Position numbers and translations under genes: made by a program. Below, one piece after another: positions 12,250-25,700 of a stretch of DNA of 64,000 nt. The notes below the pieces were generated by a model. The model was not told the origin of the DNA, did no database searches, and saw only the letters and a program-made list of their open reading frames with translations. The stretch is from Sphagnum compactum (taxonomy: Eukaryota), in NCBI GenBank assembly GCA_965153455.1, contig OZ234493.1, positions 19,334,213 to 19,398,212 of the forward strand, written 5' to 3'. The stretch's first letter is position 1. Every line of letters begins with the position of its first letter.

Positions 12250-15200
12250 AAGTACTTGATTTGGCACAATGCCAAAGTTTGGAAAAAATACCTTCATCCA
12301 TTGGCCAATTGAATGCACTCCAAGAGCTTGATTTGCGAGGGTGTTCCAAGTTGAAAAAACTACCTTCATCTATTGGCCAATTGAATGCACTCCAAGAGCT
12401 TCATTTATCATCGTGTTCCAGCTTGAAAGAAATACCTTCATCCATCGGCGAATTAAATGCATTCCAAAAGCTTGATTTGTCATGGTGTTCCAACTTGAAA
12501 AAACTACCTTCATGTACTGGCCACTTGAATGCACTCCAAGAGCTTGATTTGCGAGGGTGTTCCAAGTTGAAAAAACTACCTTCATTTATTGGCCGATTAA
12601 ATGCACTGCAAAAGCTTCATTTATCATGGTGTTCCAACTTGAAAGAACTACCTTCATTTATCAACCAAAAGAATGCACTCCCAAAGCTTGATTTGCAACG
12701 GTGTTACGACTTGGAAGAACTACCTTCATTTATTGGCCAATTGAATGAACTCCCAAGGCTTGATTTGTCATGGTGCTCCTACTCGAAAAAACTACCTTCA
12801 TCTATTGGCCAATTGAATGCACTCCAAGAGCTTGATTTATCATGGTGTTTCAACTTGAAAGAACTACCTTCATCTATTGGCCAATTGAATGCACTTCACA
12901 AGCTTAATTTGTCAGAGTGTTCGAACTTGAAAGAACTATCTTCATCTATTGGCCAATTGCATGCACTCCAAGAACTTCATTTACAAGGGTGTTCTAACTT
13001 GAAAGAACTACCTTCATCTATTCCAAAACCTTGTTTTGGAAGGGTGTTGGAACTTGAAAGAACTACCTTCTTCTATTGGCCAATTGAATGCACTCCAAAA
13101 GCTTGATGTGCAAGGGTGTTTCAACTTGAAAGAACTACCTTCATTTATTGCCCAATTGAATGCACTCCCAAAGCTTGATTTGCAAAGGTGTTCCAACTTG
13201 AAAAAACTACCTTTATCTATTGGCCAACTTCGTGCACTCCAAAAGCTTGACTTACAATGGTGTTCCGAGTTAAAAGAACTACCTTCATCTATTGGCCAAC
13301 TGAATGCACTCCAAAAGCTTGATTTGTCATGGTGTTCCAAGTTGAAAGAACTACCTTCATCTATTGGCCAATTGAATGCACTCCAAAAGCTTGATTTGAA
13401 AAGGTGTTCCGAGTTGAAAGAACTACCTTCATCTATTGGTCAATTGAATGCACTCCAAAAGCTTCATTTGCAATGGTGTTACAACTTGGAAGAACTACCT
13501 TCATCTATTGGCCAATTGAATGCATTGCACAAGCTAAATTTGTCAGAGTGTTCGAACTTAAAAGAACTACCTTCATCTATTGGCCATTTGAATGCACTCC
13601 AAGAGCTTCATTTAACATCGTGTTTTAACTTAAGAGAACTACCTTCATCTATTGGTCAATTGCATGCACTCCAAGAGCTTCATTTATCATTGTGTTACAA
13701 CTTGGAAGAACTACCTTCATCTATTGCCCAATTGAATGCACTCCGAGAGCTTCATTTGCAAAGGTGTTCCAACTTGAAAGAACTACCTTCATCTATTGGT
13801 CAATTGAATGCACTCCAAGAGCTTCATTTGCAAGAGTGTTCCAACTTGAAAGAACTACCTTCATCTATTGGCCAATTGAATGCACTCCAAAAGCTTGATT
13901 TGAAAAGGTGTTCCAAGTTGAAAGAACTACCTTCATCTATTGGCCAATTGAATGCACTCCAAGAGCTTCATTTATCATGGTGTTCCAACTTGAAAGAACT
14001 ACCTTCATCTATTGGTCAATTGCATGCACTCCAAGAGCTTCATTTATCATTGTGTTACATTTGGAAGAACTACTTTCATCTATTGCCCAATTGAATGCAC
14101 TCCGAGAGCTTCATTTGCAAAGGTGTTCCAATTTGAAAGAATTACCTTCATCTATTGGTCAATTGAATGCACTCCAAAAGCTTCATTTGCAAGAGTGTTC
14201 CAAGTTGAAAGAACTACCTTCATCTATTGGCCAATTGAATGCAATCCAAAAGCTTGATTTGAAAAGGTGTTCCAAGTTGAAAGAACTACCTTCATCTATT
14301 GGCCAATTGAATGCACTCCAAGAGCTTCATTTGCAATGGTGTTACAACTTGGAAGAACTACCTTCATCTATTATGCATTTGAATGCACTACAAAAGCTTG
14401 ATTTGCAAGGGTGTTTCAACTTGAAAGAATTACTTTCATCTAGTGGCCAATTGAATGCACTTGAAGAGCTTGATTTACAATGGTGGTCCAATTTGAAAGA
14501 ACTACCTTCATCTATTGGCCAATTGAATGCACTCCAAGAGCTTCATTTGCAAGGGTGTTTCAACTTGAAAGAACTACCTTCATCTATTGGCCAATTGAAT
14601 GCAGTCCAAAAGCTTCATTTGCAAAGGTGTTCCAACTTGAAAGAACTACCCTCATCTATTGGTCAATTGAATACACTCCAAAAGCTTGATTTGCAAGGGT
14701 GTTTCAACTTGAAAGAACTACCTTCATCTATTGGTCAATTAAATGCACACCAAGAGCTTGATTTACAATGGTGGTCCGAGTTGAAAGAACTATTTTCATC
14801 TAGTGGCCAATTGAATGCACTCCAAAAGCTTGATTTACAATGGTGGTCCAATTTGAAAAAACTACTTTCATCTATTGGCCAATTGAATGCACTTCAAAAA
14901 TTTGATTTGTTAGGGTGTTCCAACTTGAAAAAACTACCTTCATCTATTGTCCAATCAATCTACTCCAAGAGTTTGATTTGAAAGGGTGTTTCGAGTTGAA
15001 AGAACTACGTTCATCTATTGGCGAATCAATGTACTCCAAAAACTTAATTTGTCAAGGTGTGACAACTTGAAAGAACTACGTTCATATATTGGCCAATCAA
15101 TGTACTACAAAAACGTAATTTGTCAAGGTGTGATAACTTGAAAGAACTACCTTCATCTATTGATGAATTGAATGCACTACAAAAGTTTTATTTATAAGAC

Positions 15201-15620
15201 TTCTTCAACTTGAAAACATTGTGAAAAATGTACATTCATCTATGGCCAAATTGAATACATTCAAAGTGTTTCATTTGTCAAGGTGTTCCAACTTGAAATA
15301 AATATTTTCATCTATTGGTCAATTGGGTACATTCCAAAAGCTTCAATTGTCAAAGTGTTCTAACTTGAAAAAACCATTTTCATCTATTGGTCATTGAGTG
15401 CACTTGAAAATCTTGATTTGTGTGAACGTTTCAACTTGCAAAAATTACTTACATGTACATTGGCCAATTAAATGCACTCCAAAAGTTTTAGTTGTGTGAA
15501 CTTAATTTGTACGAGCTTGCAGGAATTACTTACGTTTATAGGCCAATTTAATGCATTCAAGGAACTTAATTTGTTAAGGTGTTTCAATTTGAAATAATTA
15601 CCTTCATCTGTTGCCAATTG
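12250..15620 (+). repeat. 72-bp (24-aa) tandem LRR array, roughly 45 units
   Basis: Consensus LKELPSSIGQLNALQ(E/K)L(D/H)LxxCSN, with near-identical DNA units AACTTGAAAGAACTACCTTCATCTATTGGCCAATTGAATGCACTCCAA. Confidence 0.95.
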
Positions 15621-17028
15621 AATCATTAGTAGGAAACCCCTCTTTTTCAACCAACTCGCATTCAACTTGACATCATCTTCAACTACATTTCAATTGTAAT
15701 TTTTTGAATATTTAAAATTTATTCACAATTGCAAAGTAAATTGAGCCACCTATTCTTTTGGTGGACAAATGAAGGCGAAAACCAACTATTTTGAAGTTCA
15801 TGGAATATTCTTAGCACCCCCATGGTCTACAATTGAATTATAGTTGAATTCTAGTCAAGCATCTCAGGGTGGTGTGTCCTATGTTCAACTATTTTGGTCA
15901 ATTACAAAAAATAGTGATGGATGATAGATCACACATGGATGGATGACATTGAGATTGGGATTAATGTTTTTGTTGCAAGTGCACATTGGGACTATCTTTT
16001 GATTATGACCTACAAGTTGAAAGGCAAAAAATGAATGTTGGGCACTTTTACATACTATGTCAACACCTCGATTGCAAGTGCTACTTAGAAAGCATGACAA
16101 CAACCATTGTGCCATGCTCTACAAACATTGGTATATATGCATGGTTCCGGTTTTAAGAAACAAATATTTATTGAGGTTGTCAAAGCCAACAAACCCATAG
16201 TGATGAAAATATATTCCTTATGTTTGAAAGACCTCAATAATTAGATTTTGAAAACTATCAAGTTAATTGATGATTTGTCGAAAACATTCAAATCCTAGGT
16301 TCCATGATAGATGGTGGGCAAAAATGATTTAGCTTCCAAAACAACATTATTCACATTAGGATGTGACTTTTCACCCAGCTCCTTATTAAAAGAAATTTGG
16401 CATTGAAAAAAGTTTCAAGGTTTAGGGTCCTAAAATATTTTTACATTTAGATGACATTTGTAAATTAGTACAATTCAGATCAGATTGTAAATGCTTATGG
16501 ATTGTGAAAAGGCACAACCAAACTCATTATGTAATGACCCCATTTGTTATATTCAATTCGAAAGAAATTGAAATTAGTAAACATCATCAACAAGCCCATG
16601 AAACAACCAAACAACATTGTTGTGACACCAAAAAAGGGAATATGCTAACTTAACAACTTTGGAATGCTTGAGGTTTTATAGAAAGGATTTTGACATACTA
16701 AAATAGGAATAATGCTTACCAATTTTGTAAAAGCCACTGAAAGTTTGGTCTGTCTATTTCCCACTTGTAGACCACCCGCATTCTCAATGCACAAAAAGAT
16801 GTGGCCTAGGGTATGAAACTCCTCACCAAACAGCCTAGTTGTTTTTTCTTTGTCAACTTCATTTTTGAAGTTAACAACCTCCCGCCAAAGCCCTAAAACC
16901 TGACAACATGTGAAACTTCTCTCCACATAAAGGGCACTAATTTTCAAGTCTTGTCATCAAGTAAAAATCCCATTGAGCACAAGCTTTGGCACATTTGTTT
17001 CTTTTCCTTTCACATGTGATGCAATATT

Positions 17029-17934
17029 TGTCACGACCCTAGCCTTGGGCTCGTAACCAAGGCAAAGGCATGGAAAGGTGCAGGTCAAGAATGCAACCCA
17101 ATAGTCACATTTTGCATTCCCGGGAGTGTGAGTGAGAGTGTGAAGGAATGAACCCACACACTCCCAAGTGGATTCCCACTTTGGGAGTTGGAATCCCTAT
17201 GGAGTCCCAAGTTTTCAAAGAATGATTTCAAGGGTCAAAATTCATTCGATTAAAAAATTCCTTATGCCATTGGAAAGCTCTTGAAACTTAAATGTCTAAA
17301 ATGGGCTCGCATGACCCATTTGAGTACTTAAAACACAAGTTATGATCAAAAGAAAGGTCGGGAGTCAAAGTGCCAATTTGACTCCTGACCACTAAAAGTC
17401 AAGAATCGCTTTGAAATATGTGCGTTTGAGTGGCGTGCCACATATCGTTGGAAAGATCTTGACGAGAATTATAACTTTGATTTAAACCTCACATTAGTCG
17501 GAGGTTTACACAATAAGTTATGGGCCTCCAAAATGTCAAAAGTCCCAATTTCGAGAATTTCAAGACTTTCAACTTGAGAGTCCTAGGAAAAATGACTTTT
17601 GAATGCAACCTTGTGGTTAATCATCGAGAATACTATAAGGAGGAAGGTGGTGGCTTCTCCCAAGTCTGGGCTATGGTGAATCTTGTAAGCTCGTGTATGC
17701 CCATGATTCGTCCATGCACCAACTATGCATTAACCAACTTGTTGTTTAGTTTGTGTAAGTTTGTGTGAATAATTAACCTGTTTGTTACTTGTCTTAGACC
17801 CCATCTTGAAGCTCCAACATGCGCCTCTTACTCTTGAAGTGTTGCGAGTAAGGGAAAATACCCCAACTCTTTTTTTCGTTGTTTTCACCTTTGGACTCGC
17901 ATTTGAATCTTTCAAGGAGTTTGGGGGTGCGTCA
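17029..17934. mobile_element. Solo LTR of an LTR retrotransposon, 906 bp
   Basis: Starts TGTCACG and ends GCGTCA (TG..CA). Perfect 5-bp TSD ATATT at 17024-17028 and 17935-17939. No internal coding region. Confidence 0.92.
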
Positions 17935-18551
17935 ATATTAGATAATTCTCCATTAATTTTGTAACGTTTAATACATGTCAAAGTAAAACACCCTTTGATT
18001 GGTTGAAATGCATTTCCATAGTTTTGTTTCATGAACATACGTGCAATTTTTTTGAGTATCTTATTTAAGCTAATGTACCCAAGGGGGTCATAGTTTCCAA
18101 CTTCCAAATACTTATTCTCATTTTCCTTGCTTGCCACAATTCGTTGGAATCAATGACTAAAATCTTCAAAATAATGCATGGCTAGGGTTTTTTTCAAGCA
18201 TTGACATAGTACAAGATCAATTGATTAAGGTTTAAGGTTTTCATGGATGGATGTTGATCTTGCATTATTGTTTTGTGCTTTGTAAGCTTGTTTATAGATT
18301 CTTAAGTTTGACACATTTAGTGCGAAAACCTGAGTGTTTTTCAATTAGGTAAATAATTAAGTTTGTATTGTCATAAGAACTCATCACTAGATAATCCAAA
18401 TAGAGATAAAGGAAACCCTAGCTAGATAATTACTCCATAAATTTTGTTAAAAACCAAGCTCCCAACTAATTCTGCAAGAAGCTCAAAACGTGGAAATGAT
18501 GGGAGTTTGCTGGAAATAAAAAAAGAAGAATTGTGGGTGGGTAATGGGTAC

Positions 18552-18776
18552 CTCTCCAATGAAAGGGAAACCAAAGGTAAAAGTGACCTCATGAGCCATA
18601 GAGATGTACATCTCCCTTCATGATGTAGTCCTTAGACTTCTTAGAAAAAGCGGAAAAAGAGAAGCTGCTAAGAAGAAAAGGTTAGTTTCGGCCTCCCTGG
18701 ATTCTGAGTCCAGAATTGCAATGCACTGGCCTTTCCTCATGGCCTCTAGAGCTACACTTAAAGCTTGGTCCTCCAT
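18552..18776 (-). pseudogene. Orphan first exon of a 3,4-dihydroxy-2-butanone-4-phosphate synthase (RibB-like), with an internal stop
   Basis: Reads MEDQALSVALEAMRKGQCIAILDSESREAETNLFFLAASLFPLFLRSLRTTS*REMYISMAHEVTFTFGFPFIGE, then a GTACCC donor. This fits the DHBPS N-terminal pattern A(I/L)EAL(R/K)KG..(I/V)..D...RE.E.D. Confidence 0.7.
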
Positions 18777-19487
18777 ACTTCGTGTCTGAATTCTAACACT
18801 CAAATCAAACCATGGGTTTTTCTTTATTAGAGGTCCAAGAAAAAGAAGAAACAATTCTTGAAAGACAAGTTCTAAAGGTTGTTCGAGTCATGATCTCCTC
18901 TTACATAGAAGATTTAGGCAAGCTTATGGATAAGCCTATCGCTTGCATCCTTTTCTTCCAACATTGGAGTTAAATATAATCGACAAAGAAAATAAAATAA
19001 GATGCGATTCATGTGGGACAACATATCAATCCGTCGATGATCAATCCTTCCCAAATGTAAATCGTCATCTTCCCAAATGAAGATTGCATGATTAGTAACA
19101 ATGCGAAATGCCATTACTATTGATCACTAGAACAAAATACTTTTAGTCTACTGGATTGATTAAGAGCTTGCACCTTCTATGGTTGCTGATGCTTGGTGCT
19201 TCCTTACCTTCCTTGGCCACAATGAACCAACACCCACCAGTGCACCATGAAAGATGAATGATAAGTGGTTAAGAATTTTTTTTTGTTGAGTCTTAATTCC
19301 CTAGCTAACCATGGTGGTTACCTTAGTTGTCCCTACTTTCCTATTAACAACCCATAAGCAGGTTGTTAATAAGTAGGTAGTAAAAACAACCTTTACATAT
19401 ATATAAATAAACCATCTACTTACCTAATAATTATTATTTTCCTATCTACCTACTTATGCATGAGACTTATTTCTTATCACAAAACTT

Positions 19488-19730
19488 CTTGGCATTTATA
19501 TATTTGATGGGAATTTCACACACCTTTTCATACCTTGGTGGTTTTGTACCACTTGGCATTTACATTTATGAGAACTTTGCCACCTTTCCATACCTTGGTG
19601 GTTTTGTCAAATTTTGCATTACATTTATGATGAGTTTGTCACCCTCTTGCATATACATTCATGAGGAGTTTACCACCCTCTTTCTAATATACCCTGGTGG
19701 TTTTGTAAACCTTGGCATTTACATTTACAT
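19488..19730. repeat. ~60-bp minisatellite, about 4-5 degenerate units
   Basis: Recurring TTGGCATTTACATTTATGA..CACCTTTCCATACCTTGGTGGTTTTGT. Confidence 0.75.
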
Positions 19731-22700
19731 AGAACACTCTGAGAAAAAATTTAATGCATTTGGAAGGCACCTTATATTGCATCAAATTCTCTCTTCGAAA
19801 ATGGGAGGGATATTATGCGTACTACTCAAAAGTGGGAGGGTTATTACACCTAAAAGTAGGCATAATATCCCTCTCACTCCTATGCCTCATGACCTATATA
19901 GATTTGGTTCATGATAAATTTTGCGTCATGTTTTATGGTAGGTAGAGCCCATGGGTGGGGATATTCCCAAAATGTGGGGCTCAACTTGGCTGTTGCTTCA
20001 TCCTAGACCCCTTATTTTGAGAATGCCCCTATCTTAGGACTTTACTTTACACAAGGAACTTGGAATAGGGAAATTTGAAAAGAACAAACTAAATCTAAAA
20101 CTCTATCCAAACTCATCACTTTAAGAATTTTTTAAATTCTAGGAACCTTACAAAGTGGAAAGTATCTTTTCTAATCAAATTGGGATCAACCCCAAATGGA
20201 AGAAGGTTAATTTATATTTTGAAATGTCACATTTCACTAAGAGAAATGATTGAAAAATGCATGGAATTTTTTTGAAAGGTTATTTACATTTTCTATCATT
20301 ATGTTTTTCTTCCCAATGAAGATGTTTGGTGCATTTGTCTCTCACCCAAGGTAGATCTGAATTCTCTTCAACTTTTCCTACTACTGGTCAAAGCAATGCA
20401 CCAAATCTAACAATCATCATGTGTGTTTTCTCCTTTCTATCATTTACCATTTGTCAACATGATTTGAATGTGGATGTTTTGGGGACGAAAATTGTGTCAT
20501 CCATCTATTTGTTAATGGTTTGAAATTTAAGCTTCAGAATAAAGGATTTTGTTGTTGAGTATCTTGTGAGTAAAATAAGGATAAAACTACCACAATTTTA
20601 CTTCATGGATACCTATGTGAAGGGTTAATTGATTTCACCTCTTGAATTGAACATTTGAAATGTGCATCGACAATATTTTGTTGCCCTTGTCTATATACGA
20701 CATAAGGTTGAATTATGTTCATTTGGTAGTCCTCATATCCTTACTATCTATCTCACATAAACATATTCCAGCTCTCAAAATGCATTGCAACTGTGTTAAA
20801 AATGATTCAAATATATAGATATCAAAATTGATCATCAACATCACCCATTTCCTTAGCTCACTCAAAACCTACCCATTTTGAGATGGTAGGAGTAGCCACA
20901 AATGGATGACAAACAAAACAAAACAAAACCAAGTAAAAGAAAACACATCAGAACTTGCGAGATTGTCTGATCAACTTAGCCATAACACCTATGGCAATGG
21001 AGATGAAGCAACAACAAACAAATTGCCAAGAAAAGGGAAAACAAAAATGTTCAAATGTATTGAATCTTACATCAACCCACTTCTTTAGCTTGACCATAGC
21101 CCTTTTGATAGCAAAGATGGCAAGAGTAGCAATAAACAAAAGGAGGATGAAAAAAAAAGACAAAAAATATGTGGAAGCTTGAGCCAACCGATTATCCTTA
21201 GTTCAACCACATACTCTTTTGGCAGCAAAGATGATAGGAAGGGGAAAAGAAACTAAAAAAGTATTCAAATTTTGTGAAAGCTTGTGCCAACTTCCTCTTT
21301 AGGTCAGCCACAACCTCTTCCACAATAGAACAACAATATGAACAATGACTCCATTTGAGTAAAATTGGCATACCTAGATACAATTTTAGGTACGCTTGCA
21401 TTGAATGAATTAAAAGTTATTTTTGGAGAAAAAAAACTATCATGTATCTCAAATGGCTACAAGAGAGAGTTATGAATGAATATTTACTTGTGAAAGGATC
21501 ACAAGAAGTGTCAGCAAATTTGCACATAAATGTAAAGTTGCATATTATCAGTTACATCTAGTTGTGTGCTTGATTGAGTCCATCACTTGGATGTTACAAA
21601 ATGAGAAAGTCAATGACCAAAGAGGGATATAAAAATTAAAATAAACACCAGATGCATGGAAATAGGATTATTAAATCATGGTGCTGTGAAAACAAGGGCA
21701 ATGGTAGATCCTTGTTGCTAAATCATAAAACAATTTGCGCTACCTGAAGAAAAAAACTAAATGAAACATTACACACATCAATGATCTCCTTGCAATAATA
21801 ATGGTGTTCACCATGTCTCATGCTTGACAGTCTTTTGATGCATCACATGCATTTGTACACCTTATGTGTCATGAGCATGTATATTCATAATTATTAGGAA
21901 AATGATGTCATCCCCATAGTCCAAATATTGCAACACCTTCTGCCCTTGCTCAAATTTCACATACCCCAAAAATCATTACATCCCAAGCAACAACATCACT
22001 GAATCTCAATCACAACATTTTGGCCACATATCAAGCAACAAATAAGAGCTGAAAGCCATAATAAGTTTGTAGCAGTTAAAAGGACAATCCAAGTATGGCA
22101 AATGTCTTAGTGACCCAAACTTCTTTTGGAAAATTAGGATTGCAATTTACTATAACAACTCTAAGCTCAAATGATCCCCAGACCCCCACATCCAGAACAC
22201 CAACCAATGGAACTCCACATTCCCCAAAGGCTAGTGTTAACAACCCTGGTAACTCTGAAAATCCATCCTCCAATTCTTGTGATTACACCCAAATGGCCAA
22301 CATACCCCACTTCCAATCTTAAAAGGAAGAGTAACAATAATGGATAAACTAAAAGTGAAGGTGAAAAACATGTGTCCTCAAGCAAATGCATGCATGCTAG
22401 CCATAGGTTTACTTGCTTGTGTCATACACCAACACAACAAGGACAGTAGCACAACAATGGTAGGAGTAAAAAGAAGAGAAACCCATCCATTAGTGAGATG
22501 ATCTCAATCACCATCCACTAGCTAATCATTGATCATGATAATTGATCAACGATTAAAGTCCCTTGAAGCTCTAAACTGAAGTCCAATAAAAAAATCATTT
22601 CTTCACTAAAAATATCCGGATCCATGCCTAGCCCCAAACCCCTGAAAGAGACGCAATTTTGTCAACTTGCAGATGAGTTTCCTATTGGTAGAGTTCCGTG

Positions 22701-22799
22701 AAACGTATATAACCTAGTGGAACTAAAACACTGACAAATGCATGATTGTTTCAATACCTCCTACCACATGTATCGAAACTACTTCATTTCTGGCAAATG

Positions 22800-25700
22800 A
22801 ATTATTGTCAATAACCCTTATTATATGTGGTCAACCTAACTTTTTTCAAGAGATGACATGAACACACAACATGAGGAACGTTCCAATTATCAATATTTGT
22901 GTAATAGGAGATAGACAACAAAAAGGAAAGACAATAATAACTTCATAATTTGTGTAGGAATGCCAACCTTCATAAGACTTTTAGCATAATGTAATAATAA
23001 GCCAAAATTAAACCACAAAAAATGGAAACCTTCCACAACTATAAGTTGTCTCATTCACAAGTCCACAAACACCTTAATTTTATTAACTAAAAGATACACA
23101 ATAAAAGAGCCAAAGATGAGGGCCAAGGTGACCCATTGTTAGGTTGGAGTTGGTAACTAATCTTGCTTTCCAAATGAGAGTCTAAACATGTTATACAAGA
23201 GATCACAAATATAAAAAGACACAAAGGAAGAAAAAAAATAGTCACATAGGGAAAGAAAGACCTTGCACCCTATAGAAGGGAAGTACATAATTAGGGGCAA
23301 CCCATCACCATGGACTAGAATTGGGGGAAGACTACAAATAGAGTATCAAGTCAAATCCTTAAATGAAATGAAGTTGCTAAATTTGGGAAGTAGAGTTCTA
23401 GATGTAGTTAGCTTTGTATATTGTTTATAAATTTTAATAGAGGATGCTACATGATTAACTTGTCAAACCTTGTGCCTTACAAATTTCAAGTCATATGTTA
23501 AGCTTCGAATGTTGGCGCTTTAACCAATACCATTAAAGTTGTTTCCAAGCAATCCATCTTTGAAAAGGGTAGGTCTAATTTGAGTAAGTTTCGTCACCTT
23601 TGTCAAATGCTACAAGGTAACAGAAAGTCCTAAACCTTGCATACCCAAAAACCCAAATCACAAGTGTTTTATCATCTTTATCCGTTGTTCCCATTACAAG
23701 TAATAGTCAATACTTAGATATTACACTATATTTGGCACACTGAATATTCCCCAAATTTCAATAACCTACTTAACAACTATTTTTAAAATATTGATATTGA
23801 TAACTTGTGTCGTCCCAATTTTTATATATATTTAAAAACCTACCCAATGGTTATTTAGAAAAAAAAAAACCAACTAACACTAGTCCAAACATGATATAAT
23901 GACCCACAAGCACCATTATGTGTCTTTAGCAAGTAATCTTAACAAGGAATTGACAAGCTAATCGATTGATTGATTTTTACATTGGTTACATTACTTAAAT
24001 TGCACAATTAAAACCAATTAAGAATTGGTTACAATTCTTAATAAAAAATGTTTTATGCTTTTGAATATTTTATGCTCATTAGATAGATTAATGTCAAATA
24101 TATCAAGGTGTTATAAAATGGTATATTTCAGACATTGTTATAAAAATACCCAACACAGACGACTAATAGGTCATTGAAGCCCCTTTGAGTTGGGTGGAGA
24201 CATTGGATAACCTTGTTTAACCAATTGTTTTTGTTTTTCCTCTTGCTTCATTCTAAGCTCATGCTCACGCTCCTATTTCCATAGCCTTTGATGTTGACTA
24301 TAACTCAGACTAGGGCTTGGTAGCGATTGTTGTGTATCATTAATAAAACCTTTCAATTCATTCAACCTTACTAACGAAATTTCCAAAAGAAGGGAACAAT
24401 TGACACTAGGAGAAGGTGCTCTAATTCCATTGGGGTTCCCATAATTCACATTCATCTCACTATTTTGGTTGCTAATTCCAATTGACCTTCCACTGAGATT
24501 GCCCGATGATTTGCTGGGGTTGTGCGTTTGTTGTTTCGCAATAACATGGTTCAAAGGTGAAATAAAATTTTCTGCATGCCCAGTTGATGCAGGAATTTAT
24601 AAACTCCTCATTGAGGTTTCATAAAGTTCCTCATGAAGTGGTGTCTGGAGCTTTTTGAACTCCAAAGCCTTTTCATCCAAGAAGGCACGAATTTTGGATT
24701 TTGTCAATTCATCTTCCTCCTATTGTCTTAGAAACCATCCCCTTTCCCCAAGACTATGTTAACATTATGGGGTCCCCATGCTTGCACAATCTCCATTAGC
24801 AACATGTCCTCCTATAGAAATCCCTCCATTTGCCATCAGATTAAGCTTCAAGTCGTTGCCATCCACAAATGATGGCTCTAACATCAGGTTATAGCTTTCA
24901 TTCCAAACCTAACCTTACAAAGTCCATTTTTTGGAAGGAAACATAATTCAACCTTTCGTAGTATGTTGAAAGTTACAAAAGCAAAAAATTGGGCATCAAG
25001 ATTAGTTTGGACATTTGCCTTCACTAGTATTAGTACTAGGTTGTCCTTGACAACTTGAGTTATTTGACATTGGTATCGGATGTTGCAAATTATCAGAGAC
25101 TCCATTTTGCCCCAAACTATTACCTGCAACCTCCATCACAAGCAAGTGCAAGGTCCCATACTAGTCTATTTAATGGGCATAGGCTTCCAGCTACCATGGC
25201 ATCAATTGTCTTGGAAGGTCTACCATGTATACAATTTGAATATCCCCCCTCTACCTCATAGGTCTTCAAATGACCTAGATGGAGCCAAGTGAATTGGCTT
25301 GAGGAAATCAATCATCCCTTATTCATGTGTCTATAACTTCAACTACTAGATCACATTGTGCATACCATGACAGGGTAATAATGACAAGTTTGGATATTCC
25401 TAAGTTGTTATATAGGAGCATTATCTAACCAATTTGATGCTCATATGTAATGGCTTCTCTAACATTTTACTAACACAATCACACTTGGTATGTCCAAGTC
25501 CAAATTTTTTTAACATCAACATATACCGTAATGGGACCTAGGCAAACTACACATGTTTCAATATTTAATCAATGCCCAAAAGCAAAGGGTCTTTCATTTT
25601 ATAAAAAGCTTTAGACCTACTAGACATGTATGTTCTTCTAAAAAGTAAGGACCAACCAACACCAATTAAGAAGTGTAGATCAATGTCCAACTTAATAGTT

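Larger units (their letters stand above)
7218..15620 (+). pseudogene. Hydrolase-NB-ARC-LRR (HNL) immune receptor gene, copy 1, disrupted
   Basis: Exons: 8520-8818 (IIFFHG, WPEKWLPEDL, RILSLSYDS); 9539-9946 (nucleophile elbow LVAYSFGGL, GVVFYSVPH); 10449-10601 (DANHLTICKP); 10769-11826 (P-loop GMGGIGKTT, kinase-2 VLVVVDDV, GGLPL, FLDIACFF, MHD-like IHE); 12015-~15620 (LRRs). Lesions: in-frame TAA 9879-9881, frameshifts at ~11405, ~13030 and ~14060, decayed tail after ~14950. The 5' exons (ATG 7218) are tentative. Confidence 0.9.

Noticed and set aside
13014-14689. Alternative-frame and antisense ORFs (ERTTFIYWPIEC..; SSFWSAFNWPIDEG..)
   Set aside because: They are shadows of the periodic LRR DNA.
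12250-15620. CRISPR-like or TALE-like regularly spaced repeats
   Set aside because: There are no unique spacers; the 72-bp units encode canonical LRRs within an NLR exon.
15880-16330. Possible integrated C-terminal domain after the LRRs (also 57430-57900)
   Set aside because: No consistent open frame between the two copies and no recognisable motif; treated as duplicated 3' flank.
17520-17964. ORFs within the solo LTR
   Set aside because: No gag or pol motifs; they lie inside a TG..CA LTR bounded by a TSD.
19456-19914. 152-aa hydrophobic ORF
   Set aside because: It is a translation of the ~60-bp minisatellite.
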